A stretch of 64,000 bases of DNA from Hypanus sabinus (lineage: Eukaryota): NCBI RefSeq assembly GCF_030144855.1, contig NC_082711.1, forward strand, positions 37,572,001 through 37,636,000, read 5' to 3'. Positions within the stretch are counted from its first letter, which is position 1. Every line of letters begins with the position of its first letter. The notes under the pieces are model-generated. The model ran no database searches. It was given only the letters and a program-made list of their open reading frames with translations, and was not told the DNA's origin. This document shows, piece after piece, positions 24,801-37,784 of this stretch. The translations under genes were made by a program, and so were the position numbers.

Positions 24801-26344
24801 AATAACATCCACTGACCTTCTCGGTAACAAGAAATGTAACTCCTCCACCTCCCAAGGGCCTGTCCTGCAGTTGGAGGACTGTCCGTGAGTGTAAGGAGGG
24901 AGGACGTTTGGTTGGCTTATTGTGATATGGTTGGTTGAGTTCTGTGTTTGTTCTGCAGAGCAGTGTGGACATGCTATGTTGGTGCAGAATGGTTGGTGAC
25001 ACTTATAGGCTGCCCCCAGCACATCCTTGGGTGTGTTTTTCATGTACTTACGATAAAAAAGTCCGAATAAGTCTGAAATCTGAATCTATTATGTCTGAAT
25101 CATTTAAACCCTGTAATGTTGTGCTGCCAGTCCTGTCCATCTCTTAACTAAGTCATGACTACAACTGCTCTAATACTTTACTCTTTTCATCTAGACAGTG
25201 GTAGGGGGCTGAAACTCAGTGTCTGGAAGAGCACTGACAGAGCCCTTCATCACATTTAAGATGGAACTTGGCTGTGTGCTTGCAGATCCATGCCCGGTGA
25301 GATGCAAACCAATTGCTGGAGGAGCAATTATTAATTTTAATTGATAATTAATTTTCATTGCTAGGTATTAATTTTCATTGATTAACATGAACGCAGTGAA
25401 TTGAACAGATCATATTTGTGTTGTAAATGTAGCAGTTTTCTGTGGTTCTGCGTTTACTACAGGGCAAACCACATTGGGAAAGATCTGCAAATGAACCGAG
25501 GTGAACTTCTAATGGAAGCGTGCAGAGCAGAAACTTGCATTAAACTCATCTATCATTCATGCCCAATTTCTTTCAATGTACATAATCCACTTTTGAGCTA
25601 TTTTCCACATACGTTCATGAAAAGGAAGAGTTGATGTGTCTTTTGGTGGAAAATAGATGTAAATTTGCCTTGACTTCTAGATATGTGCTTTCTACTATTT
25701 CTAAGAATGGGAATTCTCATCGAGACTGCTTTTCCAATTAGATATCCAATTTTCTACCACAATTCTCAAGAAGTTATGGCAGTTATGGATAGATCCACTG
25801 GTTGTGAAGTTTTTAGCTCACAGAAATAAAAAGTTAACTTATCTTAGGGGAAATACAATGCAGGCTCACAATGAGTTCCCCAAGGAGCGATCATGGTCAG
25901 AAATAGTTCTGTTGGAGAGATTGGGTTGAATCTACCTTTATTCTCCACAGGTCTGAATACAATGTGCTTTCATTAAGACAATTCAGAAGCAAATGAACAA
26001 GTTAGAAGCAAGGGAAATGTTTCCCTGGTTGGAATATCTGGAATAGGCTTTCATAGTTTCAGAATACAGATTAAAATGAGGAGAAATGCCTTCATTCAAA
26101 TGCAAAGCATCAAATCCCAACACCAATCATAAACAGCGTGTGATGACAGCAGCCTTCCCAACAAAGATAGAAAATTAAAATCCGTAAGGATTTTTGATGC
26201 ATATTCAAATACCGAGGTTCTTTATTGATTTCCTGCTAAAAATTGATATGTGCCAATTACTCTTGTTGATGCAGCAGTTCAACCATGCTACACAATTCAC
26301 AGGAATCTAATGAGAAGAACTATTCAGCTCCAACTCTGTAATTT

Positions 26345-26545
26345 TATTTAGAGATACAGCTCAGAACAGGCCCTTTTGGCCCAATGAATTGTGACACCCA
26401 GCAACCCACCTATTCAACACTAGCCTAATCACGGGACAATTTACAATGACCAATTAACCTACTACCCAATATGTCTTTGGACTGTGGGAGAAAACTGGAG
26501 AACCTGGAGGAAACGCACACAACTCACAGAGAGAATGTGCAATTT
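26345..26545 (-). mobile_element. V-SINE/HE1-like SINE
   Basis: GGGAGAAAACTGGAGAACCTGGAGGAAACGCAC..GAGAATGTGCAA core with a CR1-like tail. Confidence 0.7.
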
Positions 26546-27499
26546 AAATTTTAATATTAAAGTACCGAGGGAGAGCAGAGAGTGAAAGCTTCTGTAATAT
26601 TTACTCAATGCACAGCCATAACAACATTTTCATACACAACAGGAACTTGTCATTTAATTTATCTTTGTCTATTCATTTATTTTGTCACTGAACATAATTT
26701 TAGTTATAATCTATTGCTTAACAATCCTTGCAAAGTATTAGTGATTTACATATATTTGAGTGGACTTTGCAGGCTTGAGTAACTGCTTTGATTAAATCAT
26801 ATAAAGTAGATTTATTTGTTGCATTGCATATAAGAGGAAAATGATACCATTTTCAAAATAGTTTGAGATAATGATGAATACATACTAAGTATTGCTCTGG
26901 GCATGTTACAGTAGAATTAAATATGTGACCAATTATATAATTGCCCTAGTTGCTGCAGTTGTTGATGTTTCTATGCAGCTCATCAATCTTTTTTTTAATT
27001 TGCTTCTTGTTTCTCTACAAAGTGGATTGCATGGGGTCTGAGTGGAATAAGATATGCACGCACGTTTGCTTATTCTACAGCTGGGGAAGCATTAGTTAGG
27101 AATTTATAGCCCAATAGTTAAGCTTTGTGTTGGTCTGAATTTACTGACTAAGCACAGCAGAAGGTCAAGCGAATGCATAATAATGACTTATTTAAGATGG
27201 AAATTTCACACAAGTTAGGGCAAGGAATCCCAGACTCATATTTTCAACTGTTTTCTGCAGGGCAAACAATGTCATCATTATGAGTCAACATAAATCAAAC
27301 TCATTTGTATTTTGGGGACTGCAGGTCAAAAATTCATAAACCTGTAGATCTGCTGCAATATGCTGCAAGTGTTCCATTGCAACCTATTGCATATGTCTGG
27401 TTAATTTCTACGTCTCTTATAAGAGGAGTCATGCTCCATCTTGGAGATTTAAACATATTCTCACTACAAATATAACAGAAACTGTCATGGCTAACAGAA

Positions 27500-27625
27500 A
27501 CTGTTTCGGGCCGAGACCTTTCGTCAGGACTACATGAAGGGTCTCAGCCTGAAACGTCTACAGTGCTTCTCCCTATAGATGCTGCCTGGCCTGCTGCGTT
27601 CCACCAGCATTTTGTGTGTGTGCTT
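27500..27625. mobile_element. Miniature PLE remnant with back-to-back hammerhead halves
   Basis: Minus: GTC-CTGACGA-AAGGTCTCGGCCC-GAAAC; plus: ATGAAGGGTCTCAGCCTGAAACGTC..GATGCTGCCTGGCCTGCTG. Confidence 0.7.
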
Positions 27626-27789
27626 CAGGAAATAAGAAATTTATTGTCCATTGTTATCAGTAATTTAGGCTGGTCATTTAACTTGTTAATGAGAAGTCCC
27701 ACTCCAATGATATGACAAGAAAAATCTAAACTGATTTCTACGTAATTCTGAGGGGGAGCTACAACTTTGGTAAAGAATGTAAGTAACCA

Positions 27790-28370
27790 ACTTTGGAAGC
27801 AGAGAGGTACTGGCCTTCAGTAGTCAGGACACCGAATACAGAGGTTATTCTCCAGCTTTATAAAACCTTGGTTGGACCTCAGCTCAAGTCGTACATGCAG
27901 TTCTGGTCACCAAGGTATGAGAAAGATGTGATAGTGCTGAAGAGGATGAAGAGGAGATCCACCAGGACGTTATGAGCAACTCAGTTATGAGGAGAGACTG
28001 GAGAAGCTAGAGTCTTTTTTTTTCTGAAGCAGAGAAGAGTAACAGGGGACATAAAATTATAAGTGTAAGCTACAGGAAACTTTTTTCCCGTATCAAAGAT
28101 AGATAAAACTGGAAATAGATTCACTTTTGGGAAAAAGAGATTCAGGGGGAATATGTAGGGGACCTTCTTCACCTAGAGAGTGGTGACTATTCAAGAGGCA
28201 ATGCCCGAGAGACTGGCTGAAGCTGGATCACTGACAGTGTCTAGTTAAGCACAGAGGACTATGGACCAAGTGCTAGGTGATTGGGATAATGCAGACGAGT
28301 GCCCAAGTGGTCAGCATGGACAAGTTGGGCCAAATGCCCTGTTTTCACAGTGCATGATTCGATGACTCAT
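27790..28370 (+). mobile_element. CR1 3' fragment
   Basis: LQLYKTLVGPQLKSYMQFWSP. Confidence 0.75.
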
Positions 28371-28643
28371 GTGATTTTGGAGCTTGAAATTAAAGCAGAA
28401 AATGCTGGAAACTCCAGCAGGTCAGGCAGCATCTGCAGAGAGAGAAAAGCATTTTTAGATTTGCAGTTTTGTTTGAATTTTTTGTGGGAGTATACCATGG
28501 TTCCTACACTAGAACACCAAGTAAAATTTGGAGTCTACATCAATGACTATGCAGCATATCAGGATGTCCTGAGTCTATGAAAAGTACACTATAAAATACT
28601 CCAGGTTTTTTGGAGTTTAACGCCAAAATTAGAAACAACCAAA

Positions 28644-28649
28644 TTTATT
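28644..28649 (-). promoter_or_regulatory. Candidate polyadenylation signal for gjd4
   Basis: AATAAA on the minus strand about 350 nt after the stop, followed by a GT/T-rich tract (TTTGGTTGTTTCT). Confidence 0.5.
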
Positions 28650-28997
28650 TGTAAGACATCCAGGATTTAATACAAGTTATAAATTTTTGCTGGTGTTCAA
28701 AAGCACTTTAAGGTGATCTTTGTATAAGAACAAGTTCAAGCAGATAACCATCAAGCCATTCAAAGGAGACTTCCAAACTGAGTCTACTGCTCTGGCCGGG
28801 TTTCACTAGCATTACTATACATACAGCACCATCTGCTGCTTTCTTGACATAATAACTCTTAGATCAGTTTACACTCGACCAAGCCGAACTACTGTCACTG
28901 CACACCACTGCTTCCAAACATGCCTAACAATATCCCAAATGCTAGAAGCACTTCAGCAAAGGTTAATCGTTCTCGCTGAGGATCTTTGACTTCTCCT

Positions 28998-30220
28998 TTA
29001 AACCCATTCAGATTTCTTTCTCCTACCATCCTTGTTGTCTGTAATGCGCATATGGACCAGCCTGTACTCCTCTATCAATTGGCTGTTGCTCGCTGGAGAT
29101 CCGGCAGACCTCTGCACTGCGTGCTGGCGTAACCTGGAGCCCTGCTGATCTGGCAGCTCCCCTCCGCACCTCTTGAACGAATGAGCGGCGGTTCCTGACA
29201 CGCTCACGCACAGGGCTGGCTTCTCGGCATCATTGTCAGCCATTCTTCCTGTGGAGGCTGGAGATGGCGCAGTCATGGGGAAATGCGTGTTGTTGCTGTT
29301 GGTGTTGGAGAGGGCCATGTTCTCCAACAGTACCTCTGCCTGCTTCTCCTGCCCTGGTTTGGCAGATGCTTCACTGGCAGCACTTGCTCCACTTTCACAC
29401 CTTTCCCGTACGTGCACACCATACTCTTGGAGCGCCTGGTGTTCAGGAAGCACACAGGTGTCAATTGGGATGTCGTGATAGGGCTCTTCCTGATAAATGT
29501 TCGTCATCAGCAACTTCCTCTTCTTGCTTTGCTTCCCGCCCTTCTTAGTGACATAAATTAAATCTACAAAGTTCAGCAAAAACGAGAGCCCAGTAACTCC
29601 AAACATAAAGTTAGCCAGAAGAGTTTTCTCAGTAGGTCTGGATGGGTAGCATGTCACTATATTGGCACAAGGATAACTAGAGCAAACAAACTTATTTGGG
29701 ACAAAAAATCCGAACAAGTAATATTGGCCGACTCCAAATCCTGCTTCCAATAAAGTTCTTAGAAGTAATTGAAGCACATATGCCTCACAAAAATTATGAA
29801 TTCTTTGCCCTATTCTGAGATCATCACTCACTACTTGGGGTTCACCACAGCCAACCTCTGAACCAGGATTTGTCTCACAGCCTCTGTGTATTAAAGAAGC
29901 TCGTCCCACTGGCACCTTTCTGATCGGTGAGGTCTCTGCCAGGTTTTGAGGATGCCGGCAAGGGTGTTTTACATTTTGCAGGGGCAGCCTGTGAGTGACG
30001 TAAATAATGAAGATCACTAAAGGCAAACAGAGCACAATGGCCTGTACAAACCAAAATCTGCAGTGAGATATGGGGGAAAAGGCATCGTAGCACACATTGG
30101 AGCACCCTGGTTGCATGGAATCGCATGTAAATTTTGTCTGCTCGTCCTGGTACAGAGGGTAGCCAATTCCAATGATTACAAGTAGGCGAAGCAACACGAT
30201 CACTGTAATCCAGATCTTCC
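28998..30220 (-). CDS. gjd4: Connexin (gap junction delta-4-like), main coding exon
   Basis: Connexin motifs: GKIW..LLR, E1 loop CDSMQPGCSNVCYDAFSPISH (C-x6-C-x3-C), E2 loop CSSYPCANIVTCYPSRPTEK (C-x4-C-x5-C), four hydrophobic segments, C-terminus RKKSEWV as in GJD4. Acceptor ctcctttttttttcag|GG at 30221/30220. The first 46 aa of the ORF-track protein are intronic. Confidence 0.93.
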
Positions 30221-31204
30221 CTGAAAAAAAAAGGAGAGTACAAATATTGCATTCTGACATGCAGAGCACTGTTAATATAGAGAGCAATTTATATTTAGAA
30301 GTAAATATTTTAGGGAAGTAATCTTGACACTTGGCAATGAAAATAATGGCACTAGACACGAAAATATTATAATCAGTAATATTTCTACTTAATGAGATTC
30401 AAGAGATTTATTCCCTAGTTAAAAAATTGGGAAAAATCATGGGCCTAGAATTATCTAAAATGGCTATTCAATTCAGTTTCAATAAAATATTACCATAAAG
30501 GAATATCAGGGACCTGCGAGGAATCTACTTCTCCCTTCCTGTCCTCAATGCATACAATACGCAGAAGCCCCAACACTATGTCGTGGTATTCTGTTGCAAA
30601 CACCACACATCTGGAATATGATCCACACCTCTGGCCCCTGGAACATGCTTCATATCAGTTAAAGGGGATATTCTTGTGCAGACATTGGAGTCTGGTGCTG
30701 GAAACATGGCTCAGGAAGGTTCTATTGATATCCTAGGCCCCCGCCCCCCCCCCCCCCCCATGGCCTACAATGGTCAACCTGACTCCTACTCCCCCATCCA
30801 TTTGCTCAACTGCACAGATACTCAGGGACACCCTCTATCTTCTTTGATCATGCTGTTCCACACTTCCAGAGCCTTATCCAGGTCCTCCACTTGCAAATCC
30901 CAAAACCCAATGCGTTGGCCTAAACCTCAAAGTGCAAAGCCCCAGTTGATGCCCCTACTCTGTGCAACCAGTGCTCGGAGCCAGACCTTGCACTCACTTG
31001 CATTCCTTTGAACCCTCTATGGAGGCAAGCAAATGGGGGAAACAGTCTTTCAGCATCTAGCCTGATGTTGAATGCATAATTCCTGGGGTTTTACAGAACC
31101 ACAGAACTTACAAGAATTGGGGCTGAAAAGGAAAGCTTGTTGGCCTGAATATATAACCTTTCCAGGACCATGTAATTTTTAGGCTAGGCTAGGCCATCAT
31201 AATT

Positions 31205-31575
31205 GTCATCATGTGCTATGTGGTATGGTGGAGGCAATCATGGTCTTTGAACGGGATTGTGCTTGGCAAATTTTTCTACAGAACTGGTTTGCCATTGCCC
31301 ATCCTGGGGCAGTGTCCTGACAAGACAGATGACCCCGGCCATTATCAATACTCTTCAGAGATTGTCTGCCTGGCATCCGTGGTTGCATAACCAGGAGTTG
31401 TGATGTGCACCGGCTGCTCATGCGACCATCCACCACTACAGCCTTGGCTTCACGTGACCTTGATCAAGATGCTAAGCAGGTGCTAGACCTTGCCCAAGGG
31501 TGACCTGTGGGCTAGTGGAGGGAAGGAGCGCCTTACTCCTCCATTGGTAGAGACATATTTCCACTCCACCACCCT
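31205..31575 (-). mobile_element. SINE with RTE/BovB-like 3' end
   Basis: Minus strand GGCAATGGCAAACCA..TTTGCCAAG motif; second copy at 42650-42978 shares ATACTCTTCAGAGATTGTCTGCCTGGC and CCTTGCCCAAGGGTGACCTG. Confidence 0.65.
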
Positions 31576-31809
31576 GATAATGGGGCCAATTAATAATCAC
31601 TTTCAAAGTGCAATAGACAAAATGAAATGTGTTAGAAAAATGCTCTCTGTTATTGAATAGGAGCCACATGAAAACTGAGCAATGAGAATAAATGAAGTTT
31701 TGAAATATAACATTAGGACTGATAACTCAATACAAGATTATGCTGGGATATAAACTTTCATGGAAGGTTTCACAGATAATGAACGACTTATTGGAGCCAC
31801 GGTTATTTT

Positions 31810-32525
31810 TGTGGTAGATGGAGTTCTATCCAGAAAAGTGTGAAGTAATACACTTTTGGAAGGCTGATTTTGAAGGCAGAGTACAGGGCAGGATTTTTAG
31901 CAGTATGGAGGTAGAGAAGGATCTTAGGGTCCGCATCCCTAGAAGTTAATAAGGTCGTTATGGTGTGTTGGCCTTTATTAGTCGGGGGACTAAGTTCAAG
32001 GGTGGTGAGGTCATGTTGCAGCTCCATAAATCTCTAGTTAGACCACATTTGGAACATTGTGTTCATTTCTGGACGCCTGAATATAGGAAGGATGTGGAAG
32101 CTTAACAGAGGTTTCGGAGGAGATTGACCAGGATGCTGCCTGGATGAGAGAGCATGTCCTATGAGGATAGGTTGAGTGCACTGGGATTTTCTCTTTGGAA
32201 CAAAGGAGAATGAGGGGTGAATTGATAAACATATGTAGGATGATAAGAGGCAATTATAGCACAGAAATGGCCAATACAAAGCAACATATTTTAAGATTAT
32301 TCGAGGGAAGTATGGGGGGGGGGGGGTGGGGGAGGATGTCAGAGAGTGGTAAGTGTGTGAAATGCACTGCCAGGGATAGTTGTAGAGGTGGAGACATTAA
32401 GGAAGGTCAAGAGATGCTTAGATAGGCACACAGATGAAGGAAAAATGGAAGGAAGTATTAGATTCACCTTGGAGTAGGGTAAAAGGTTGGCTGAAGGCCC
32501 TGTACTGTAATGTATGTTCTATGTT
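31810..32525 (+). mobile_element. CR1 3' fragment
   Basis: LVRPHLEHCVHFW, EQRRMRGELI, TATGTTC tail. Confidence 0.8.
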
Positions 32526-34234
32526 CAGCGGCCTGCAATCATAGTGAGGCCTGATTAATACATTATAGTTTCACCTCCCACCTAGCAGGCAGGTAAATGT
32601 GGTCACAACCGTGTGCACATTAACACTCAGTGTTATAGAGTGATTGTGGCTAAGGGGGTGTGGAGAGGCTAGTGATCAATCTTTGACAGAGCTGAAGATT
32701 TCATGTTTGGGACATATTTTAATACTCCATCCTTGTCCTTAAGGCATAAAAATTGATCCAGTTATCTTGTGGACCCAGCATCCCTTCCTCTATTTCATCT
32801 TCAAGTTTTCCATCACAAGGAAAGAGTTCATTTCCAGTCATATTGAAGAATCCCTATTTAAATATGTTAATATGTCCTACTATGACACAGAACAACCCCC
32901 AAATGTGCATCGCACCAAAAATTAAACAGGTGTGCAGCAGGATGAATGCTGAATATTTTGCTTTTTAACCCATTCAAAAATGAGCGAAGAAGAGAATCTG
33001 GGTTAAAAAGCAAAATCTTGTTCACAATATTAGAAATGTTGTCTAGGTCCAGAATTCTCTGATCCAGCAAACCAGTCAACCTGTTGGCTTTTGGAAGGGA
33101 CAGCTTGTCTGGTGACTTAATAAAGATGTCGTTGTTTCTGAAGCACAAAATAAAAGCCTGAAAGCAAGAAATAGCATGAATATTTAAACAAATAGTATAA
33201 AATAGGATTCAGCTGCTAAGCATAAGCCATCACCAACTCCCACCCCCACTGAATATTACAAATGTCGGACCAAGTACTCCCGATATCTGGGAACATTCTT
33301 GAAAATATATGCATTCTCAGAAATCCTCGATTTTGAAATTTTGTGAGAAATTAAGCAGAATTGCAAATTAGCTCCAAGGTTTCTTCATCTAGCCAGTAAT
33401 TCCTATCCCTCTACTCATCACTGAAAGATGCATACTCCTGAACAGATGTTGTTAACATGTGAATTTACAAAGTGGCTGCTGGTTTAGCCAAAGTTGATTC
33501 ATCCTTTCTTTATTCTGTATTTACTGTCAAGGACTGTTTGGTACAAATGAGGAATGGAACCCTGATTAACTGCAATTACCAAACACAAATAAGGTCAAGT
33601 TGGTGTACATGACCACTTCTTCAGAAAAGTACAAAGGCAAATCTTACAGCAAATTGCTCAAGTGTAAGAAGAAGTAATACTGATGACAAAGTAAACTTAA
33701 GATAGTCTGTCATCTGGTTTCATTTTTTTTCTTGGTAGGTATTTCTAAACTAGTTCTTCACGGATTAACAAAACTGAAATATTACAAGATCATAAAAATA
33801 TAAAAGACCTTTTTATCAGATGAAATCAAAAAAAAAGGAAGAAAATGTCAAAAACATGCAGCATGGCAGGCAGCACCTGTGGAAAGAGAAACAGGGTTAA
33901 CAGTTAGGATTGTGAGACACTTTGTCAGATTTATGTTATTTGCAGTTGTTAGTATTTCTCATTCTGGAGTCTCCAATTCTTCTCCTCTGTGAGCAATTAC
34001 CAGTTCAGTAATTTACCTGGCCTGGATTTGATGTAACTACAGATCTACTGTGATAAAGTCTTAATTAGATGTGGATAATAAATGCAGAGGTCCCATTAAT
34101 GAATTAAAAACGGACGCATTTTGCTGGCAGCCATTCCACTTTCCTCCACCACCATCCTTAGATTTGGCTCGGTTGCTATGTCCTCGTATATTATCTGGGA
34201 TTTTGCTCATTAGGGAGATACAAGTATTTTTTTC

Positions 34235-34530
34235 AAATTAGCTTTATTTATCACACGTTCATCAAAACATACAGTAAAACATGTTGCTTGTGTCAAATCA
34301 ACTCAGTGAGGTTGGTTCTGGGAAGCCTACACATGTTGCCAATGCTTCCAGCACCAACATAACATTCCACAGCTCACTAACCCCAACCATACGTCTTTAG
34401 AAAGTGGAAAAAACTGGAGCATCTGGAGGAAATCCATGCATTCACATGGAGAAAATACAAACTCCCTACAGGCAGTGGGGGGAATTGAACCGTGATAGCT
34501 GATTAATGTGTTACCGTGCCACCTTACATT
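34235..34530 (-). mobile_element. V-SINE-like element
   Basis: AAACTGGAGCATCTGGAGGAAATCCATGC core and B-box-like GGAATTGAACC. Confidence 0.6.
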
Positions 34531-34759
34531 TTGTTGCATTCTCAGCTATTATTGTTGCTTATAGTTTCCTAACATTAGCTAATTATAGAAATTATGACTG
34601 ACTTCTTCCCAGATATGGACCTCAATTTTACACAATGAATCACATTCCACAGGCTGAGCTATTGGGAGCTTTATTTCAAAAATACCATCAGGAATGCAAG
34701 TTTCTTCAATTAATTTAGTATCCTGGCAACATGAAGTATACAAGCTCAGTGTAAATCTA

Positions 34760-36010
34760 TTATCAGGGTGCATACCATATATGTATATACTGTATACTAC
34801 CCTGAGATTCATTTTCTTGCAGGCATTCACAGTAAATACAAAGAAACACAATGGTATCATTTAAGAACTATACACAACGAATGTAGACAAAAAACCGAAA
34901 TGCAAAATACATCAAAACAAATGCTAAAAAGAAACAATAAATAAATAAATAGATAGATAAGTAAGTGACAAATATCAAGGACATGAGCTGTAGAGTCTTT
35001 AAAAGTGAGTCCTTAGGTTATGAAATCAGTTCACTGCTGCGGTGAGTGAAGTTATCCCATCTGGTTCAAAAGTCTGATCATTGAGGGGTAACAACTGCTT
35101 CTGAACCTGGTGATATGGGACTTGAGGCTCCTGTACTTCCTTCCTGATGGCAGCAGCGAGAAGAGAGCACAGTCTGGATAGGGGTGGGGGATGGATTCCT
35201 TGATAATGGATGCTGCCTTCCTGTTACAGTGCTCCTTGTACATATAGCACAATAGTAGGAAGGGCTTTACCTGTGATGGACTGGGCTGAATCCAGAACTT
35301 AAGGACATTGGTGTTCCCAAACTGGGCCAAGATGCAAGCAGCCAATATACTCTCCACCGCACATCTACAGAAGTTGGTCGAAGTTTTAGATGACATGTCA
35401 AGTTTTTGTAAACTTCTAAGATAGTAGAGGCGCTGTCACTTACCTGCTGGACCCAGGAGTGACCCTCTGAGATAATAACGCAAAGGAATTTAAATTTGCT
35501 GACCCTCTTCACCCTGTGATCCCTGATGAGAACTGGTTCATGGACCTTTGGTTTCCTCTTCCTGCCGTCAATAATCAGCTCGTTGATTTTGCTAATGTTG
35601 AGTGAGAGGTTGTTACTGTGGCACCATTCAGCCAGATTTTCAATTTCCCTCCTAAATGCTGATTGGATGCCACCTTTGATTCAGCCAACATTGGTATCAT
35701 CACCAAACTTAAATACTTAGCCTCACAGTCACAAGTATAAAGCGAGCAGAGCAAGGGGCTAGGCTCATAGCCTTGGAGTACACTTGTACTGATACTGAGG
35801 AGATGTTGCCAATCCAATCTGGCTGGGGTTGGCAAATGAGGAAATTGAGGATCCAGTTGCACAAAGGTGTATTGAAGCCTAGGTCGTGGAGCTTTATTGA
35901 TTAGTTTTGAGGGGATGATAGTGTTGAATGCACAGCTGTAGTCAATGAAGATTATCTTCATTGTTCAAACGTTCCAGGGCTGAGTGAAGAGCCAATAAAG
36001 TGGCATCTGC
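34760..36010 (-). mobile_element. Rex/Babar LINE fragment
   Basis: FIDYSCAFNTIIPSKLI, PLLCSLYTCDC, FCRCAVESIL..LLPSGRKYRSL. Confidence 0.82.
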
Positions 36011-37784
36011 CATTTCATGTAGACAACTGATTACATTTTTATGTATGGATAATGAGGTTATGCATTCTCAGTTTGAAGTTGTCATTTATGAAATATATTT
36101 ATATTGGAGATGCAGTATCATCCAAAGAATTGGAAGTGGGGCTTAGCATATGCCCCATGGCAAAGGGAGCAACGGATAGAAAATAAATTCAACTTACTCA
36201 GAACGCAGAGTCTAAAGAGGACAACCAGAAATGGCAACACATTTGCCCAGTAATCGCAGGGTGTCACTCCATAAAAAAAGTATTAAATAATCCATAAATT
36301 ATGGACATAAATCAAGTATAATTCACAAAGCAGTGTGCCTGATAGGGGAATTTCTCAGACATCTGTGTTCTGTCTGGCCATAATGTTGTCAAATTATGAT
36401 ACCGCAGTTAGTGTTGTTTTGTTGCTAATGTTTTTACTTACGGGTGACAGCATTAGTTAAAAAAAAGATAATTTATTACTTGAAGCTAGGAAAGCTTTAA
36501 TTAGGATAATTAATGAAAACATGTGAGTTTGTATAACATTCTAGTTTTAACTGGATTGAACGCATGTTCCCTTTTTAATGCATGGAATATTACCAATTTT
36601 CTATCCCTCCCAGAGTCTTGACTCTGTTCCCTCAAAGGGACTTTTTAAAAACTGGGTTGAGGAGCATATGGTTGCACTGAGGTCTGGACTCCATCTGAAG
36701 TTAAGGGCATTTGATTGAGATTGGGAATTCAGGCAAGGCATGGGCTTTTCTTATACAAAGTCAAACACCGTACACAGACACAGAATACAAAGGTGCAAGG
36801 AAGTAATCTGGCAAAGAGTAGAAGAATGCATTGGAAAAAGTGGGACACAAGAGACAGAGAAAGAAGCCTAGAACCTCATTCACAAATGCCCAGACATTAC
36901 CTCAAGGTAAATTTAGTGATTTATTAAACAGCAGAACTGTGGATTGGTTATCAGTGAAACTACAAAACACTGAACACTTCTTGAACTTTCACATCCATCT
37001 TTCAAACTTTCCATCTTGTTGAACCTATTGCACCAAACCAACCAGGCTTTCGCTATCAAATGCAGACATTCTCTGGTTACAGTAGTCTGGGGAGTTTGGG
37101 TCACTCAACAGATTTTGAGATCACCAGGAAACAGTCACTTTAATTGCCGTTTTTGTTATTTTTAATGGCTAAGTCAAGGGAAGTCAAAGGCAGCATTAAA
37201 GCAAAAGAAAGGGCATAACATTTCACAAAAATTAGTGTGAGGCTAGAGAAATGCAAAGCTTTTTAAAAACAAGGAAGGCAAAAAAGCAATAAGGAGAGAA
37301 AAGATGAAATATGAAAGTAAGCTAGCCAATATAAAAGAGGATATCAGCAATTTTTTCAAATACATAAAGAGTAAAAAAGCGAGTAGCAAGAGTAGATAAC
37401 AAACTGCTTGAAAATTATGTTAGAGAGGTAGCAAAGGGAAACAAAGGAATTCCAGGTGAACTCATTCAGTGTTTTGCATCAGTCTTCACAATTAGTATGC
37501 CAGAAATTCACAAGTACCAGGGAGCAGAAGTGAGTGTTGTTACTATTACTGAGGAGAAAGTGCTTGGGAAGATGGAAAGTCAAAGTAAGATAAATCACCT
37601 GGATCACACCCCAGAGTTCTGAAGAAGGTAGCTGAAGAGATTATGGAGGCACTAATATTTGATCTTTCAAGAAGCTATATTCTGGAATGGTAGTGGAGGA
37701 ATGGAAAATTGCAGATGCCGCTCAAATCTTCAAGAGAGTGAAGCAACATACATGAAGTTACAGGTCAGCTGGCCAGACTCAAAG

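Noticed and set aside
30221-30359. N-terminal 46 aa of the 453-aa ORF, including an in-frame ATG at 30260
   Set aside because: Lies upstream of a clear splice acceptor, starts at GTG and has no connexin N-terminal similarity; exon 1 supplies the real start.
32600-33170. Possible extra gjd4 exon (acceptor-like ctttcag at about 33158 and short ORFs)
   Set aside because: No recognisable protein similarity and no frame-preserving donor identified.
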